Part shown: in pieces, positions 15,995 to 24,812 of the stretch
Layout of the letters: each line of letters starts with the position of its first letter
Position numbering within the stretch: the stretch's first letter is position 1
DNA from: Anaerolineae bacterium
GTDB lineage: Bacteria; Chloroflexota; Anaerolineae; VGOG01
Assembly: GCA_034431315.1 (NCBI GenBank)
Contig: DAOUDK010000034.1
Location: 28,053 to 92,052, forward strand
DNA: 64,000 nucleotides
Direction of reading: 5' to 3'
Notes under the pieces: generated by a model
The model's database searches: none
What the model was told of the DNA's origin: nothing
The model's input: the letters and a program-made list of their open reading frames with translations, nothing else
Made by a program: the position numbers and the translations under genes

Positions 15995-18900
15995 TGATGT
16001 CCAATAATGAAGCTGGCTCGCCCGGAGCTGGAAGCTCCGGGCTGAGAGAACAAAGCCCCCTTCGGGGGCTAAATTGCAGCCCGAAGGGCTTTGTTCTTTC
16101 AGCGTCGAGCTTTAGCTCGGCGCTCAACTCCGTTCTCCTGGGCCTCGGCCTGGGGCTGTATCTGAGCCGGATCATCGCTGAGGCGACGACGATAATCTGG
16201 CCCTGGCTGGCTTCGCTGGCTTTGATCATCGTGTGCAGCGTTATCGGAGTCGGGCTGGCTGCTCTTGGGAACCGCCACGGCTTGACGCTCACCCCCTTGG
16301 CGACGCTATACGCCTACGTCTTGTATCCTCGCATTGAGCCTATCCTCGCCTGGTCTGTGGCCTTCGTGGCCGTGACCGCCCTGGTCATCGCCAACGTCCC
16401 GCAGGCGTGGGAGCCTGCCCTGCTACAAAACCGTAAGGGCAAGCGATCCTTCCCTGTGGACTCCATCGTATTCGTCCTGGGCCTCGGCCTGTATGTGCGC
16501 ACTCTGGCCCCCACTGTTCTTCCGTCGAATAGTGGCGAGTTCCAGTTCGTGGCCGACATTCTGGGCATCGCCCACCCGCCTGGGTATCCGCTTTACACCA
16601 TGCTGGGCAAGCTTTTCACCTTGATCCCCGTCGGCGACGTAGCCTACAGGGTCAACCTGATGTCAGCCTTTTTCGCTGCCTTGACCCTGGCCCTGGTGAG
16701 CCGGACGGTGCGGCGTGCTACCGACTCGGCTTGGGGGGGCGTGGTGGGCGCTTTAGCTCTGGGCACGTCCACCACCTTTTGGGCGCAGGCCACAACTGCC
16801 AACACCCGAAGCTTGACGGCTTTTTTCACCGCCCTCATGCTGTTCGCCCTCGTCAGTTATGCTAAGGTAACCATCCAGCGAAGCTCCACCTCAAACCGAC
16901 AAGTAATGGGACGCAGATACACGCAGATTTCCGCAGATAAAAGGGAAAGTCAGCGTGCATCTGCGTTAATCTGCGTCCAGAATAGGGAAGTTTACCTCAT
17001 TTTGTTCGCTCTAGCTTTTGGGCTAGGGATCACCCACCACGGCTCCTTGGTCTTCCTGATTCTCCCCTTCGTAGCTTTTCTATTAGTGACCAAACTCGAA
17101 ACTCGAAACGGCTCGACTGAGCTCGCCGAAGTCTCGAAACTCGAAACTTCATCGTTTACCGGGCCTCGTCCTCTTCTGAAGCCTCTCCTCGCTTTCCTCC
17201 TCTCGCTGAGCGTGCTCCTCTATCTTCCCATCAGAGGAATCCTGGGTGCTCCCTTTGGTCCGTCCAACATCGCTACGCCGACCGGGTTCTTGAACCACGT
17301 CCTGGCCCGTGGCTTCCGGGGCGATATGTTCTACTTTGCCAGCTCCGGCCTCCTGCTTGAGCGATTCGCCGTGCTGACTAACATCCTGGATTTCCAGTTC
17401 AGCCTGGGTTTGCTCATTGCTGCCGCTTTGGGGGCTCTGATCATGCTGGGCAAAGACCGGCGGCTTTTGCTCCTCTGCGGTGGGGCCATAGCTGTTCAAG
17501 CCGTTATCGCTATTACCTATCGCGCCCCGGAGACAGTGGAGTATTTGATACCTGCCTATGTGCCCCTGGCCATCATCATTGGCTACGGCGCGGCGACGTT
17601 GGGCCGCTGGAGCAGGTTCAGAGCTCTTAATGCCTGTCTGGTGTCCCTCGTCATGTTGCTCGGTGCTATACAGTTAGTTAATCATTATCCCAGCTTCGCC
17701 TGGCTGAGCGAGGACCGCTCGACGCGCCAGTATGCAGAAAGTGTGCTGTCCGACGCCCCCCCTGAGACGCTGGTCTTGGCTAACTGGCACTGGGCCACCC
17801 CGCTGTGGTATCTGCAATACAGCGAAGGTGTGCGCCCCGACGTGGAAGTGAGGTACGTTTATCCGGAGGGCGCGGAACCGATCTCCGCTACCTGGCTGCG
17901 GCGTGTAGAGGAGAACGTGGGGGAGCGCCCCCTGATCGTCACCAATTATTATCAGGAGTTCGGCGTCACGCCGTATCGCTTCACTCCCGTGGGCGAGGCT
18001 TTTGCCGTATTCACTTCCAAGCTGGTGCAAAGCGAGCCAGCCCCCCTAACTTTGGGGGGGAAGCCTGGCGACGTCGCCAGACTTGACGCGACTTTCGAGG
18101 GCAAGATCAGGCTCTTGGGCTATCGTTTGCCGGAAGACAGGGTCCCCTCAGGTCAACCTCTGTACTTGGACCTTTACTGGCAGCCCATGGTCGAGCTGGA
18201 TGGCAACTACTCCTTTTTCGTCCACCTGGTGGGCGATGGCGGGCGAGTTCTGGGACAGATGGACATCGCTCACGATATGGCTGGCTTCAAAACAGGGGGG
18301 GGCTCTGTTGATCGCTACGAGATACAGGTGCTGCCCACGACTCCAGCGGGCTCTTACCAGCTCATCGCCGGCGTGTACATCACTCTCCCCGAAGGGGGCT
18401 GGCAACGCCTGACGACCGAGGAGGGCGGTGAGACCGTGCTCCTGGCCGAAGTGGAGGTAGTGTCACCTGCCCTGCCACCTGTCACCCTACACCCTCTACA
18501 TCAGCCCTTCGCCAGCGGGTTAACCCTGATCGGAGTTGATTACGACACTAGCCTGGAGGGCAGCCGGCGGGTCTATCTCCACTGGCATCGCTTCAGGGTT
18601 GACGACGGAGACTACGATGTGCTTTTGTATGCTAACGACGATGTGGTAGCCGGGAGCCGCCTGCCACAAGTGCCCCTGGGCACCTATCTCACCACGGCCC
18701 ACGACTTGCCGCTGCGTCCTGAGCTTGTCGAAGGACATTTGCAAGTGGAGCTGCGTTCGACCGACAATGTAGTAAGCCGGTGGCTGGGGCCTTGGCATTG
18801 GCCTGGGGGAGGCCGTTTGACCCTGCCGCCCCCGCCTCCGCGAAGCCGTTACGTGGACTTGGGAGGGGAGATGCTGCTGGCGGGTGTTGAATACCAGAGG

Positions 18901-19248
18901 CTGCCAGGGGATACGGTGCGGGTGGAGCTGCGCCTGGTGGCGAAAAAGCCCATCCTCCGCGACTACGTGGTCTCCGTGCGTTTGACCGATGGCGCTGGGC
19001 GACCCCTCTCTCAGGACGATACCGTCCCTGCGCTGGGGGCCATCCCCACCTTGAAGTGGATACGAGGCTCATCTATCGCCGATGTGCATTTTGTACCCGT
19101 TCCCACAGACGCCCAGGCGGGCCCTTTCAGACTGAGCTTGATCGTCTACGATGCCTTCACCATGCGGAAGCTGGGTGTCCTCGACGACCGATTGGTTAAG
19201 CTGGGTCCGAGCGTGCCCCTGGCACAACTGGAGCTTCAGCAAGACTGA
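15994..19248 (+). CDS. DUF2723-family (PMT/GT-C-like) polytopic membrane protein with C-terminal repeated beta-sandwich domains
   Basis: GEFQFVADILGIAHPPGYPLYTMLGKLFTLIPVGD motif of DUF2723; many TM helices; C-terminal repeats with LxLDLYWQ signature; start ATG overlaps GT1 stop (TAATG); contains in-frame repeat insertions (see findings). Confidence 0.7.
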   Translation: MMSNNEAGSPGAGSSGLREQSPLRGLNCSPKGFVLSASSFSSALNSVLLGLGLGLYLSRIIAEATTIIWPWLASLALIIVCSVIGVGLAALGNRHGLTLTPLATLYAYVLYPRIEPILAWSVAFVAVTALVIANVPQAWEPALLQNRKGKRSFPVDSIVFVLGLGLYVRTLAPTVLPSNSGEFQFVADILGIAHPPGYPLYTMLGKLFTLIPVGDVAYRVNLMSAFFAALTLALVSRTVRRATDSAWGGVVGALALGTSTTFWAQATTANTRSLTAFFTALMLFALVSYAKVTIQRSSTSNRQVMGRRYTQISADKRESQRASALICVQNREVYLILFALAFGLGITHHGSLVFLILPFVAFLLVTKLETRNGSTELAEVSKLETSSFTGPRPLLKPLLAFLLSLSVLLYLPIRGILGAPFGPSNIATPTGFLNHVLARGFRGDMFYFASSGLLLERFAVLTNILDFQFSLGLLIAAALGALIMLGKDRRLLLLCGGAIAVQAVIAITYRAPETVEYLIPAYVPLAIIIGYGAATLGRWSRFRALNACLVSLVMLLGAIQLVNHYPSFAWLSEDRSTRQYAESVLSDAPPETLVLANWHWATPLWYLQYSEGVRPDVEVRYVYPEGAEPISATWLRRVEENVGERPLIVTNYYQEFGVTPYRFTPVGEAFAVFTSKLVQSEPAPLTLGGKPGDVARLDATFEGKIRLLGYRLPEDRVPSGQPLYLDLYWQPMVELDGNYSFFVHLVGDGGRVLGQMDIAHDMAGFKTGGGSVDRYEIQVLPTTPAGSYQLIAGVYITLPEGGWQRLTTEEGGETVLLAEVEVVSPALPPVTLHPLHQPFASGLTLIGVDYDTSLEGSRRVYLHWHRFRVDDGDYDVLLYANDDVVAGSRLPQVPLGTYLTTAHDLPLRPELVEGHLQVELRSTDNVVSRWLGPWHWPGGGRLTLPPPPPRSRYVDLGGEMLLAGVEYQRLPGDTVRVELRLVAKKPILRDYVVSVRLTDGAGRPLSQDDTVPALGAIPTLKWIRGSSIADVHFVPVPTDAQAGPFRLSLIVYDAFTMRKLGVLDDRLVKLGPSVPLAQLELQQD

Positions 19249-19280
19249 ATTGCCGTAGTTTGTGATGAAAAAACCCAAAC

Positions 19281-19309
19281 TTGCGTGAAATCAGGAGAAG
19301 TGTTATAAT
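19281..19309 (+). promoter_or_regulatory. sigma70 promoter
   Basis: TTGCGT - 17 nt - TATAAT upstream of 19368 CDS. Confidence 0.5.
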
Positions 19310-19367
19310 CTTCCAAGATAGCCGTCATAACGAGCATCATTATTAACAGTTAGAAAGGAGCATTGAA

Positions 19368-19814
19368 ATGAGCGAAGAAGTACCTCTTGAGCCGAAGGTC
19401 AATCCCAGTCCGACCTGGAAGGTGAACACCAAGGCGCGGCTAAGTGCCTGTGATAATCGCCCTGGCCTGAAGAAGATTTACGTCAGGATCTTAGACGACA
19501 AGGGCGAGCCCCTGGGTGGGATCAAAGTGCGCTTCGATGTCGAGCCCTCCCAGGGCACGGCTTACGATCACCCGAACGTCTGGGGGCTGACTGGCGAGGA
19601 CGGGTACCTGGAGTGGAACCACCTCGGCGTGCCCACCCGCTACATGCTCTGGATGGAGGATGATGAGACTCCCCTCGTCGAGAACATCCGAACCGACCTG
19701 GGGTACGAGTACTGTCGTCCTTCGGGCGCGACACATGGCGGCTGGAGGCCTGTGAACAAGCCGGGTGTCTACTCCTATCGGATCGAAGTCCAGAGGAAGG
19801 GAGAGGGCGACTAG
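19368..19814 (+). CDS. hypothetical protein, stand-alone copy of the C-terminal domain of the 20355 gene
   Basis: 148 aa; aligns almost residue-for-residue with the C-terminal 140 aa of the 251-aa protein at 20355..21110 (PNPTWKVNTK.RLSACDNRPGLKKIYV...YSYRIE.QRKGEG); AAAGGAG RBS. Confidence 0.7.
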   Translation: MSEEVPLEPKVNPSPTWKVNTKARLSACDNRPGLKKIYVRILDDKGEPLGGIKVRFDVEPSQGTAYDHPNVWGLTGEDGYLEWNHLGVPTRYMLWMEDDETPLVENIRTDLGYEYCRPSGATHGGWRPVNKPGVYSYRIEVQRKGEGD

Positions 19815-20070
19815 GGTCTAGCCTGTCGTTCCGACTCCTTGCACATTGCTCTGAAAAGTAAGCGTTCATTGAGGATGGCCAACGGGGGCCATGAAGATTA
19901 GCCTGCAAATGGATGCTTGGCTAGGTGGAGCTAAGAGCATAACCGGCCGTTGACGTGATGTCTGCAAACGGTCGGTTTTTGTATTTTTGGGGGAGGTGTC
20001 ACGCCAGAGGAGGGCTAGCCCGCGGGAGGAAAACGTTAACTGAATCTTAACCTTACCGTCTTTTTTGCCC

Positions 20071-20099
20071 TTGACAAAGGAGGAAAAATCTGGTATAAT
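20071..20099 (+). promoter_or_regulatory. consensus sigma70 promoter
   Basis: Perfect TTGACA - 17 nt - TATAAT. Confidence 0.6.
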
Positions 20100-20127
20100 G
20101 TAATTGGATAAGTAAAAGTATCGTTGC

Positions 20128-20245
20128 AATTGCATAAGGTCCGAGAAAGGTAAACCCATCGAAAGGTGGGGGCGCAAAGCCACAGGTCTACGTTAGCAGA
20201 TAGCAAATCGCTATCAGTTAATATGACAGCCGGGTTGCCGAAGAC
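20128..20245 (+). ncRNA. c-di-GMP-I (GEMM) riboswitch candidate
   Basis: GGUAAACC-CAUC-GAAA-GGUGGGGG-CGCAAAGCC ... AGCCGGGUUGCCGAAG, matching the hallmark GEMM-I elements (AAACC, GNRA-capped P2, ACGCAAAGCC, and 3' GCGGGGUUACCG-like strand); located in a 255-nt leader between a consensus promoter and the CDS. Confidence 0.6.
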
Positions 20246-20256
20246 AGATATCAAGG

Positions 20257-20298
20257 AGCGTGCTGTTTGGAAGCAGGTCGGCCGATAGCACGCTTTTT
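20257..20298 (+). terminator. intrinsic terminator / attenuator hairpin in the riboswitch leader
   Basis: GCGTGCT...AGCACGC 7-bp stem followed by TTTTT, about 55 nt upstream of the ATG. Confidence 0.5.
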
Positions 20299-20354
20299 GG
20301 TTGAGCTTGACGAATGTAGTAACACAAAAAAATCCACAAAGGAGGTAAGAACCA

Positions 20355-21110
20355 ATGAGAATGAATACGAGGTATTTCAGGATGGCGCTGACCGCGCTGA
20401 CGCTGCTGGTGTTGCTGTTTTTAGTGTCTGGAGCAACGCCTGTAAGGGGGCAGATGGCCTTCTTGTTTGTGGATGACGACAACTGCCCAGGGCCTGGCTC
20501 AGGGACTCTAGTTAATCCTTTCTGTAAGATTCAAGACGCCATTGATGCAGCTTCGCCAGGCGCCTTGATCAGTGTTGCAGAGGGGAGATACACCGAGTAC
20601 CTGGACATTCCGACCGAGTATCTCACCATGGTTGTGAGCGATCTAGCGGATGAGATAGTGTCCTTTGACGTACCCGAAGGTTCTGAGGAGCCGGAGGTCC
20701 ATCCCAACCCGACCTGGAAGGTGAACACCAAGGAACGGCTGAGTGCCTGCGACAACCGCCCCGGCCTGAAGAAGATTTACGTCACGGTTTTGGACGACAG
20801 GGGCGAGCCGTTGCGAGGCGTCAAGGTGCGTTTCGACACCGAGCCTAGCGAGGGCATAGCCTACGATCACTCGAACGTCTGGGGTATGACCAACGAACAG
20901 GGATACGTGGAATGGAACCACCTGGGCGTGCCCACCCGTTATCGCCTCTGGATGGAGGATGACGACGAACCGCTGGTCGAGAACATCCGAACTGATTTAG
21001 GCAACGAGTACTGTTACATTGGCGGAATGCCGACGAGTTGGAGGCCAGTCAACCGTCCAGGCATCTACTCCTATCGAATCGAAATCCAGAGGAAGGGAGA
21101 GGGCGAGTAG
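20355..21110 (+). CDS. secreted protein: signal peptide, short beta-helix-like N-cap, and C-terminal domain paralogous to 19368 gene
   Basis: Hydrophobic signal peptide MRMNTRYFRMALTALTLLVLLFLVSGA; AAAGGAGG RBS. Confidence 0.7.
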   Translation: MRMNTRYFRMALTALTLLVLLFLVSGATPVRGQMAFLFVDDDNCPGPGSGTLVNPFCKIQDAIDAASPGALISVAEGRYTEYLDIPTEYLTMVVSDLADEIVSFDVPEGSEEPEVHPNPTWKVNTKERLSACDNRPGLKKIYVTVLDDRGEPLRGVKVRFDTEPSEGIAYDHSNVWGMTNEQGYVEWNHLGVPTRYRLWMEDDDEPLVENIRTDLGNEYCYIGGMPTSWRPVNRPGIYSYRIEIQRKGEGE

Positions 21111-21393
21111 GGCTTAGTCTGCGATTTCGCCCTGACGATCTCAAGCTTTAGGCCTCGAGGGCCTCAGGCCAAAGGCCCGAAGGATTTCGATCCTTGGCAC
21201 ATTGCTCTGAAAAACTGAATGGAGGGATTTGACCGGCTAGGTATTCATTGCCCTTCCCCAGCGGCAGTTGAGACCTGATCTTGCCAGGTAACAAGTATTG
21301 CGCTGGCAGTCTTCAGATGCTGGCGCGATGATCTACGAAACGGCGGCGTCCGTATAGATGCCCGCCGTTTTTCGTTTCCGTCACTTGCGGGTT

Positions 21394-21422
21394 TTGCCAT
21401 TCCATCAAAGATGTGCTAGAAT
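21394..21422 (+). promoter_or_regulatory. sigma70 promoter candidate
   Basis: TTGCCA - 17 nt - TAGAAT; overlaps the ORF-track start, so the true CDS start must lie downstream. Confidence 0.4.
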
Positions 21423-21487
21423 CGGCTAGCACAACGCAAAGCCGGGATCTGGCGATCCCTGGCGAGCAGGTCAACGAGGAAGTGAGT

Positions 21488-24400
21488 TTGGCTGAGAAAT
21501 TGGGCAGGGCGATTGTAAGATTGGGATGGAAGCTCCTCCTGATTTGTCTACTAGGGTTGGTGGCCGTTCAACCCCTGCTTAAACCCGCTATGACCTGCAG
21601 CGACGACGGGGGGCATTACCTCGTTCGCTTTGTGGAGCTCGATCATTGCCTGCGCCAGGGCTCTCTCTGGCCTCGCTGGACCCCCGACCTGGTCTATGGC
21701 TACGGCTACCCTCTCTTCAACTTTTTCCCTCCCCTGTCCTTCTATCCCGCCGAGTTCTTTCACCTGCTGGGCCTCAGCTTCGCCCAGGCCTGGAACACTG
21801 CCCTCGCGCTCTATATCTTACTCGCCGGGATGACCATGTACCTCTTTGCCAAAGATGCCTTCGGCGAGACGGCGGCCTGGGTGGCGGCGGCGGCCTACAT
21901 GTACGCGCCTTATCAACTTTACAATGCTCTCAACCGGGGCAACCTCGGTGAGTCCCTGGCCTTGCCGCTGCTGCCCCTGATACTCTGGGCCTTTCGCCGT
22001 CTCCTCATCAGGGGCAAAATCCGCTACCTGGTCTTGAGTGCCCTGTCCTACGCCGCCCTGGTTCTCACCCACAACGTCATCAGCCTGGTCTTCACCCCCT
22101 TTCTCCTCCTTTACGTTGGCGGTTTGTGGTGGTTAAAGAAAAGAGCACCCAGGCCGCTGGTGCTCGTCGGCGCGGCGCTGTTGCTTGCCCTGGGTATCAG
22201 CGCTTTCTTCTGGCTGCCGGCTTTCTTCGAGAAGCAGTGGGTTAAGATCCACCTGGCGTTTACACCGGCTGGCATGAACTATCGCTATAATTTCCTCTCC
22301 CTGGGCGAGCTCCTCTCCCCGCCAACTCCTGTCCACACCTCTCTCATGAATCCCGCTCCACCTCGCAGCCTGGGGCTGGCGCAGTTGATCCTGGCCCTGC
22401 TGGCTGTGGCTGGCTGGTGGGGCTTCAAGGACAGGGAAGAGCGTTTCAATGTCTTGTTCTTCTCCCTGGTTCTAATAAGCCTGACTTTCATGGTCCTGCC
22501 GCAGTCAGTGGCGGTCTGGGATTACCTGCCCCTGCTCGAATACGTTCAGTTCCCTTTTCGTTTCCTGGGGATAGCCAGCCTGGCTGCCGCTGTACTGGCC
22601 GGGGCAGCTATTAGCCTGCTCTTAGACCGAGTCAGGACAGCTTTGCCCGCCTTCGTTATCGTGCTGGCAGTCGAAGCTCTGATTATCGCCTTCAGCCTGC
22701 CCTGGCTCTACCCGCGCTACTGCTATACCACCGAGGGCCTGTCCATAGCCACTCTGGCCCAGTTGGAACGCGGCCTGGGCGTTATCGGAGCCACTTCCGC
22801 CGGCGAGTACCTGCCCATCTGGGTGAAAGAAGTGCCCTCGGAATCTGGCCTGGAAGCCATGTATCGCGCCGGAGCTCCCATTGAGCGACTGGAACCGTCT
22901 TCCTTGCCCGAGGGGACAGTGGTTGAATCAGCGGAGTACGGCCTGACCTCAGCCGACATTTTAATAGAAAGCCCTCAGCCTTTCCGAGCGGTCTTCAACA
23001 CCTTCTATTTCCCCGGCTGGCGGGTCTACGTGGACGGGAAGAAGGTGCCCATCGTTCCCACCGAGCCCTACGGCCTGGTCAGCTTCGAGGTTCCTGCGGG
23101 GGAGAGCAACCTTCAGGTGCGTTTTCAGGACACACCCTTGCGTCTCGCTGGCAAAGTCCTTTCGACCCTCAGCGCTCTCATCGTCCTAGCGTTGATCATT
23201 TATGGGTTGGAGATTGGGGATTGGAGATTAGAGATTGGAAGATCGTCAGGGGAGGGTGCAATCCGAAATCCATTGTGGGGCTTTCAGGCGGCTTTGGCTG
23301 TGGCTCTGCTCCTGGTCAAAGTGGGCTACGTTGATCGCCACGATAACTGGTTCAGGCGGGGGGGCTTCGATGGGGCTCGGGTGGAGGGGGTGCAGGCGCC
23401 GCTGGAGGTCAACTTCGGTGGGGAGATGGCGCTCCTGGGCTACGATCTTCGCCCCGCTACGGTTGAGGCCGGGGAGACCCTTCGCCTGGACCTCTACTGG
23501 AAAGCGCAGCGGAAGCTGGATACCGAGTACAGTGCCTATGCCCGCCTCCAAGATGCCGAGTCAAACCTCTGGAGCCCGAAGGATAGCCGGCGACCTGGGG
23601 GCTATCGGGACTATCCTGCCACGACCATCTGGCCCCTGGACGAATACGCCCAGGACTCCCACCAGATACTGGTGCTGCCGGGCACGCCCCCCGGCGAATA
23701 CGACTTGGTAGTTGGAGCCTTCTCTAAAGACACCCTGGAAGAACTGGATGTTCTGGACGAACGGGGGATCGCTGTGGGCACCTCATTGGCCGTAGGCAAG
23801 TTGACGGTGGTGCGGCCGAGGAAGCCGCCTTCCATCGAAGAACTGGAGATACAACACCCCGTAACTATCGGGTTCAGGGCTCGGTCGGAGACCTTCGCCC
23901 AACAGTTGGAGCTACGGGGCTACGATATTGATCGCTCTGCCGTCCAGGCGGGAGAAGGTGTGCACTTGACCCTTTTGTGGCGAAGCCTGAGGAAGATGAA
24001 CCAGCCCTACGCTGTCTGTCTGCAACTGGCGGACGAGGGAGGAGGGATTGCATCAAAGAAGATTTTTCCGATTGCTACTGATTCTTACCCCACAACCCGG
24101 TGGCAGGCTGGGGAGGTAGTTCGCAGCCAGCACTACTTCCCCGTGCCGGCGGAGACTTCAGCCGGCCGCCATCGGCTCCAGTTGGCGGTTGTTGACCAAG
24201 AGGGAAAACCGCTCGCGGCGGCGATTGACCTGATCGAGCTGGAGATCGAGGTGCCAGAGCGCAGGATGGCGCTCCCCAGTGTCGAAAATCCCATGGAAAT
24301 CAACCTGGGCGATGAGGTGACCTTCCTGGGCTATGACCTGGGGACCGCGTCCGTCAGGCCCGGCGACACCCTGCGCCTGACTTTGTACTGGCAGGCCAGA

Positions 24401-24700
24401 AGGGAAATAGTCGGCTGGTACAAGGTTTTCACCCATCTCTTGGACAAAGAAGGCCGCATCTGGGCGCAGAAAGACAGCGTACCAGTGGGGGGCACGCGGC
24501 CAACGACGGGGTGGGTGAGAGGCGAGGTCATCGTAGATGAGTACGAGCTGGCGGTGGACGCCGACGCTCCCGGCGGTGACTACATTTTGGAAGTCGGGAT
24601 GTACGAAGAGGGCACAGGCCTGCGCTTGAGGGTGCTCAACGAGGGGGGGCAAGTCGTGGGGGATCACATTCTGCTGGGGAAGGTGAGGATCGAACTATAA
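21488..24700 (+). CDS. large polytopic membrane protein (GT-C/YfhO-like, uncertain) with three C-terminal LxLDLYW beta-sandwich repeats
   Basis: Over 10 predicted TM helices, conserved YGYGYPLFNFFPPLSFY segment, C-terminal repeats homologous to those of the DUF2723 proteins; start tentatively at TTG 21488 (GAGGAAG RBS) because the listed GTG start overlaps the promoter -10. Confidence 0.55.
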   Translation: MAEKLGRAIVRLGWKLLLICLLGLVAVQPLLKPAMTCSDDGGHYLVRFVELDHCLRQGSLWPRWTPDLVYGYGYPLFNFFPPLSFYPAEFFHLLGLSFAQAWNTALALYILLAGMTMYLFAKDAFGETAAWVAAAAYMYAPYQLYNALNRGNLGESLALPLLPLILWAFRRLLIRGKIRYLVLSALSYAALVLTHNVISLVFTPFLLLYVGGLWWLKKRAPRPLVLVGAALLLALGISAFFWLPAFFEKQWVKIHLAFTPAGMNYRYNFLSLGELLSPPTPVHTSLMNPAPPRSLGLAQLILALLAVAGWWGFKDREERFNVLFFSLVLISLTFMVLPQSVAVWDYLPLLEYVQFPFRFLGIASLAAAVLAGAAISLLLDRVRTALPAFVIVLAVEALIIAFSLPWLYPRYCYTTEGLSIATLAQLERGLGVIGATSAGEYLPIWVKEVPSESGLEAMYRAGAPIERLEPSSLPEGTVVESAEYGLTSADILIESPQPFRAVFNTFYFPGWRVYVDGKKVPIVPTEPYGLVSFEVPAGESNLQVRFQDTPLRLAGKVLSTLSALIVLALIIYGLEIGDWRLEIGRSSGEGAIRNPLWGFQAALAVALLLVKVGYVDRHDNWFRRGGFDGARVEGVQAPLEVNFGGEMALLGYDLRPATVEAGETLRLDLYWKAQRKLDTEYSAYARLQDAESNLWSPKDSRRPGGYRDYPATTIWPLDEYAQDSHQILVLPGTPPGEYDLVVGAFSKDTLEELDVLDERGIAVGTSLAVGKLTVVRPRKPPSIEELEIQHPVTIGFRARSETFAQQLELRGYDIDRSAVQAGEGVHLTLLWRSLRKMNQPYAVCLQLADEGGGIASKKIFPIATDSYPTTRWQAGEVVRSQHYFPVPAETSAGRHRLQLAVVDQEGKPLAAAIDLIELEIEVPERRMALPSVENPMEINLGDEVTFLGYDLGTASVRPGDTLRLTLYWQARREIVGWYKVFTHLLDKEGRIWAQKDSVPVGGTRPTTGWVRGEVIVDEYELAVDADAPGGDYILEVGMYEEGTGLRLRVLNEGGQVVGDHILLGKVRIEL

Positions 24701-24751
24701 GACCTGACAGGTTTCGGAAACCTGTCAGGTCTGGCCGGGGCGCGACTTTTT
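24701..24751 (+). terminator. hairpin terminator
   Basis: Perfect inverted repeat GACCTGACAGGTTTC/GAAACCTGTCAGGTC followed by a T-run. Confidence 0.5.
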
Positions 24752-24812
24752 ACAAACTCTTTACATTAGCCTCAACAATTCCTAACATCCCTGTGCTATA
24801 ATAAAGGCAAAA

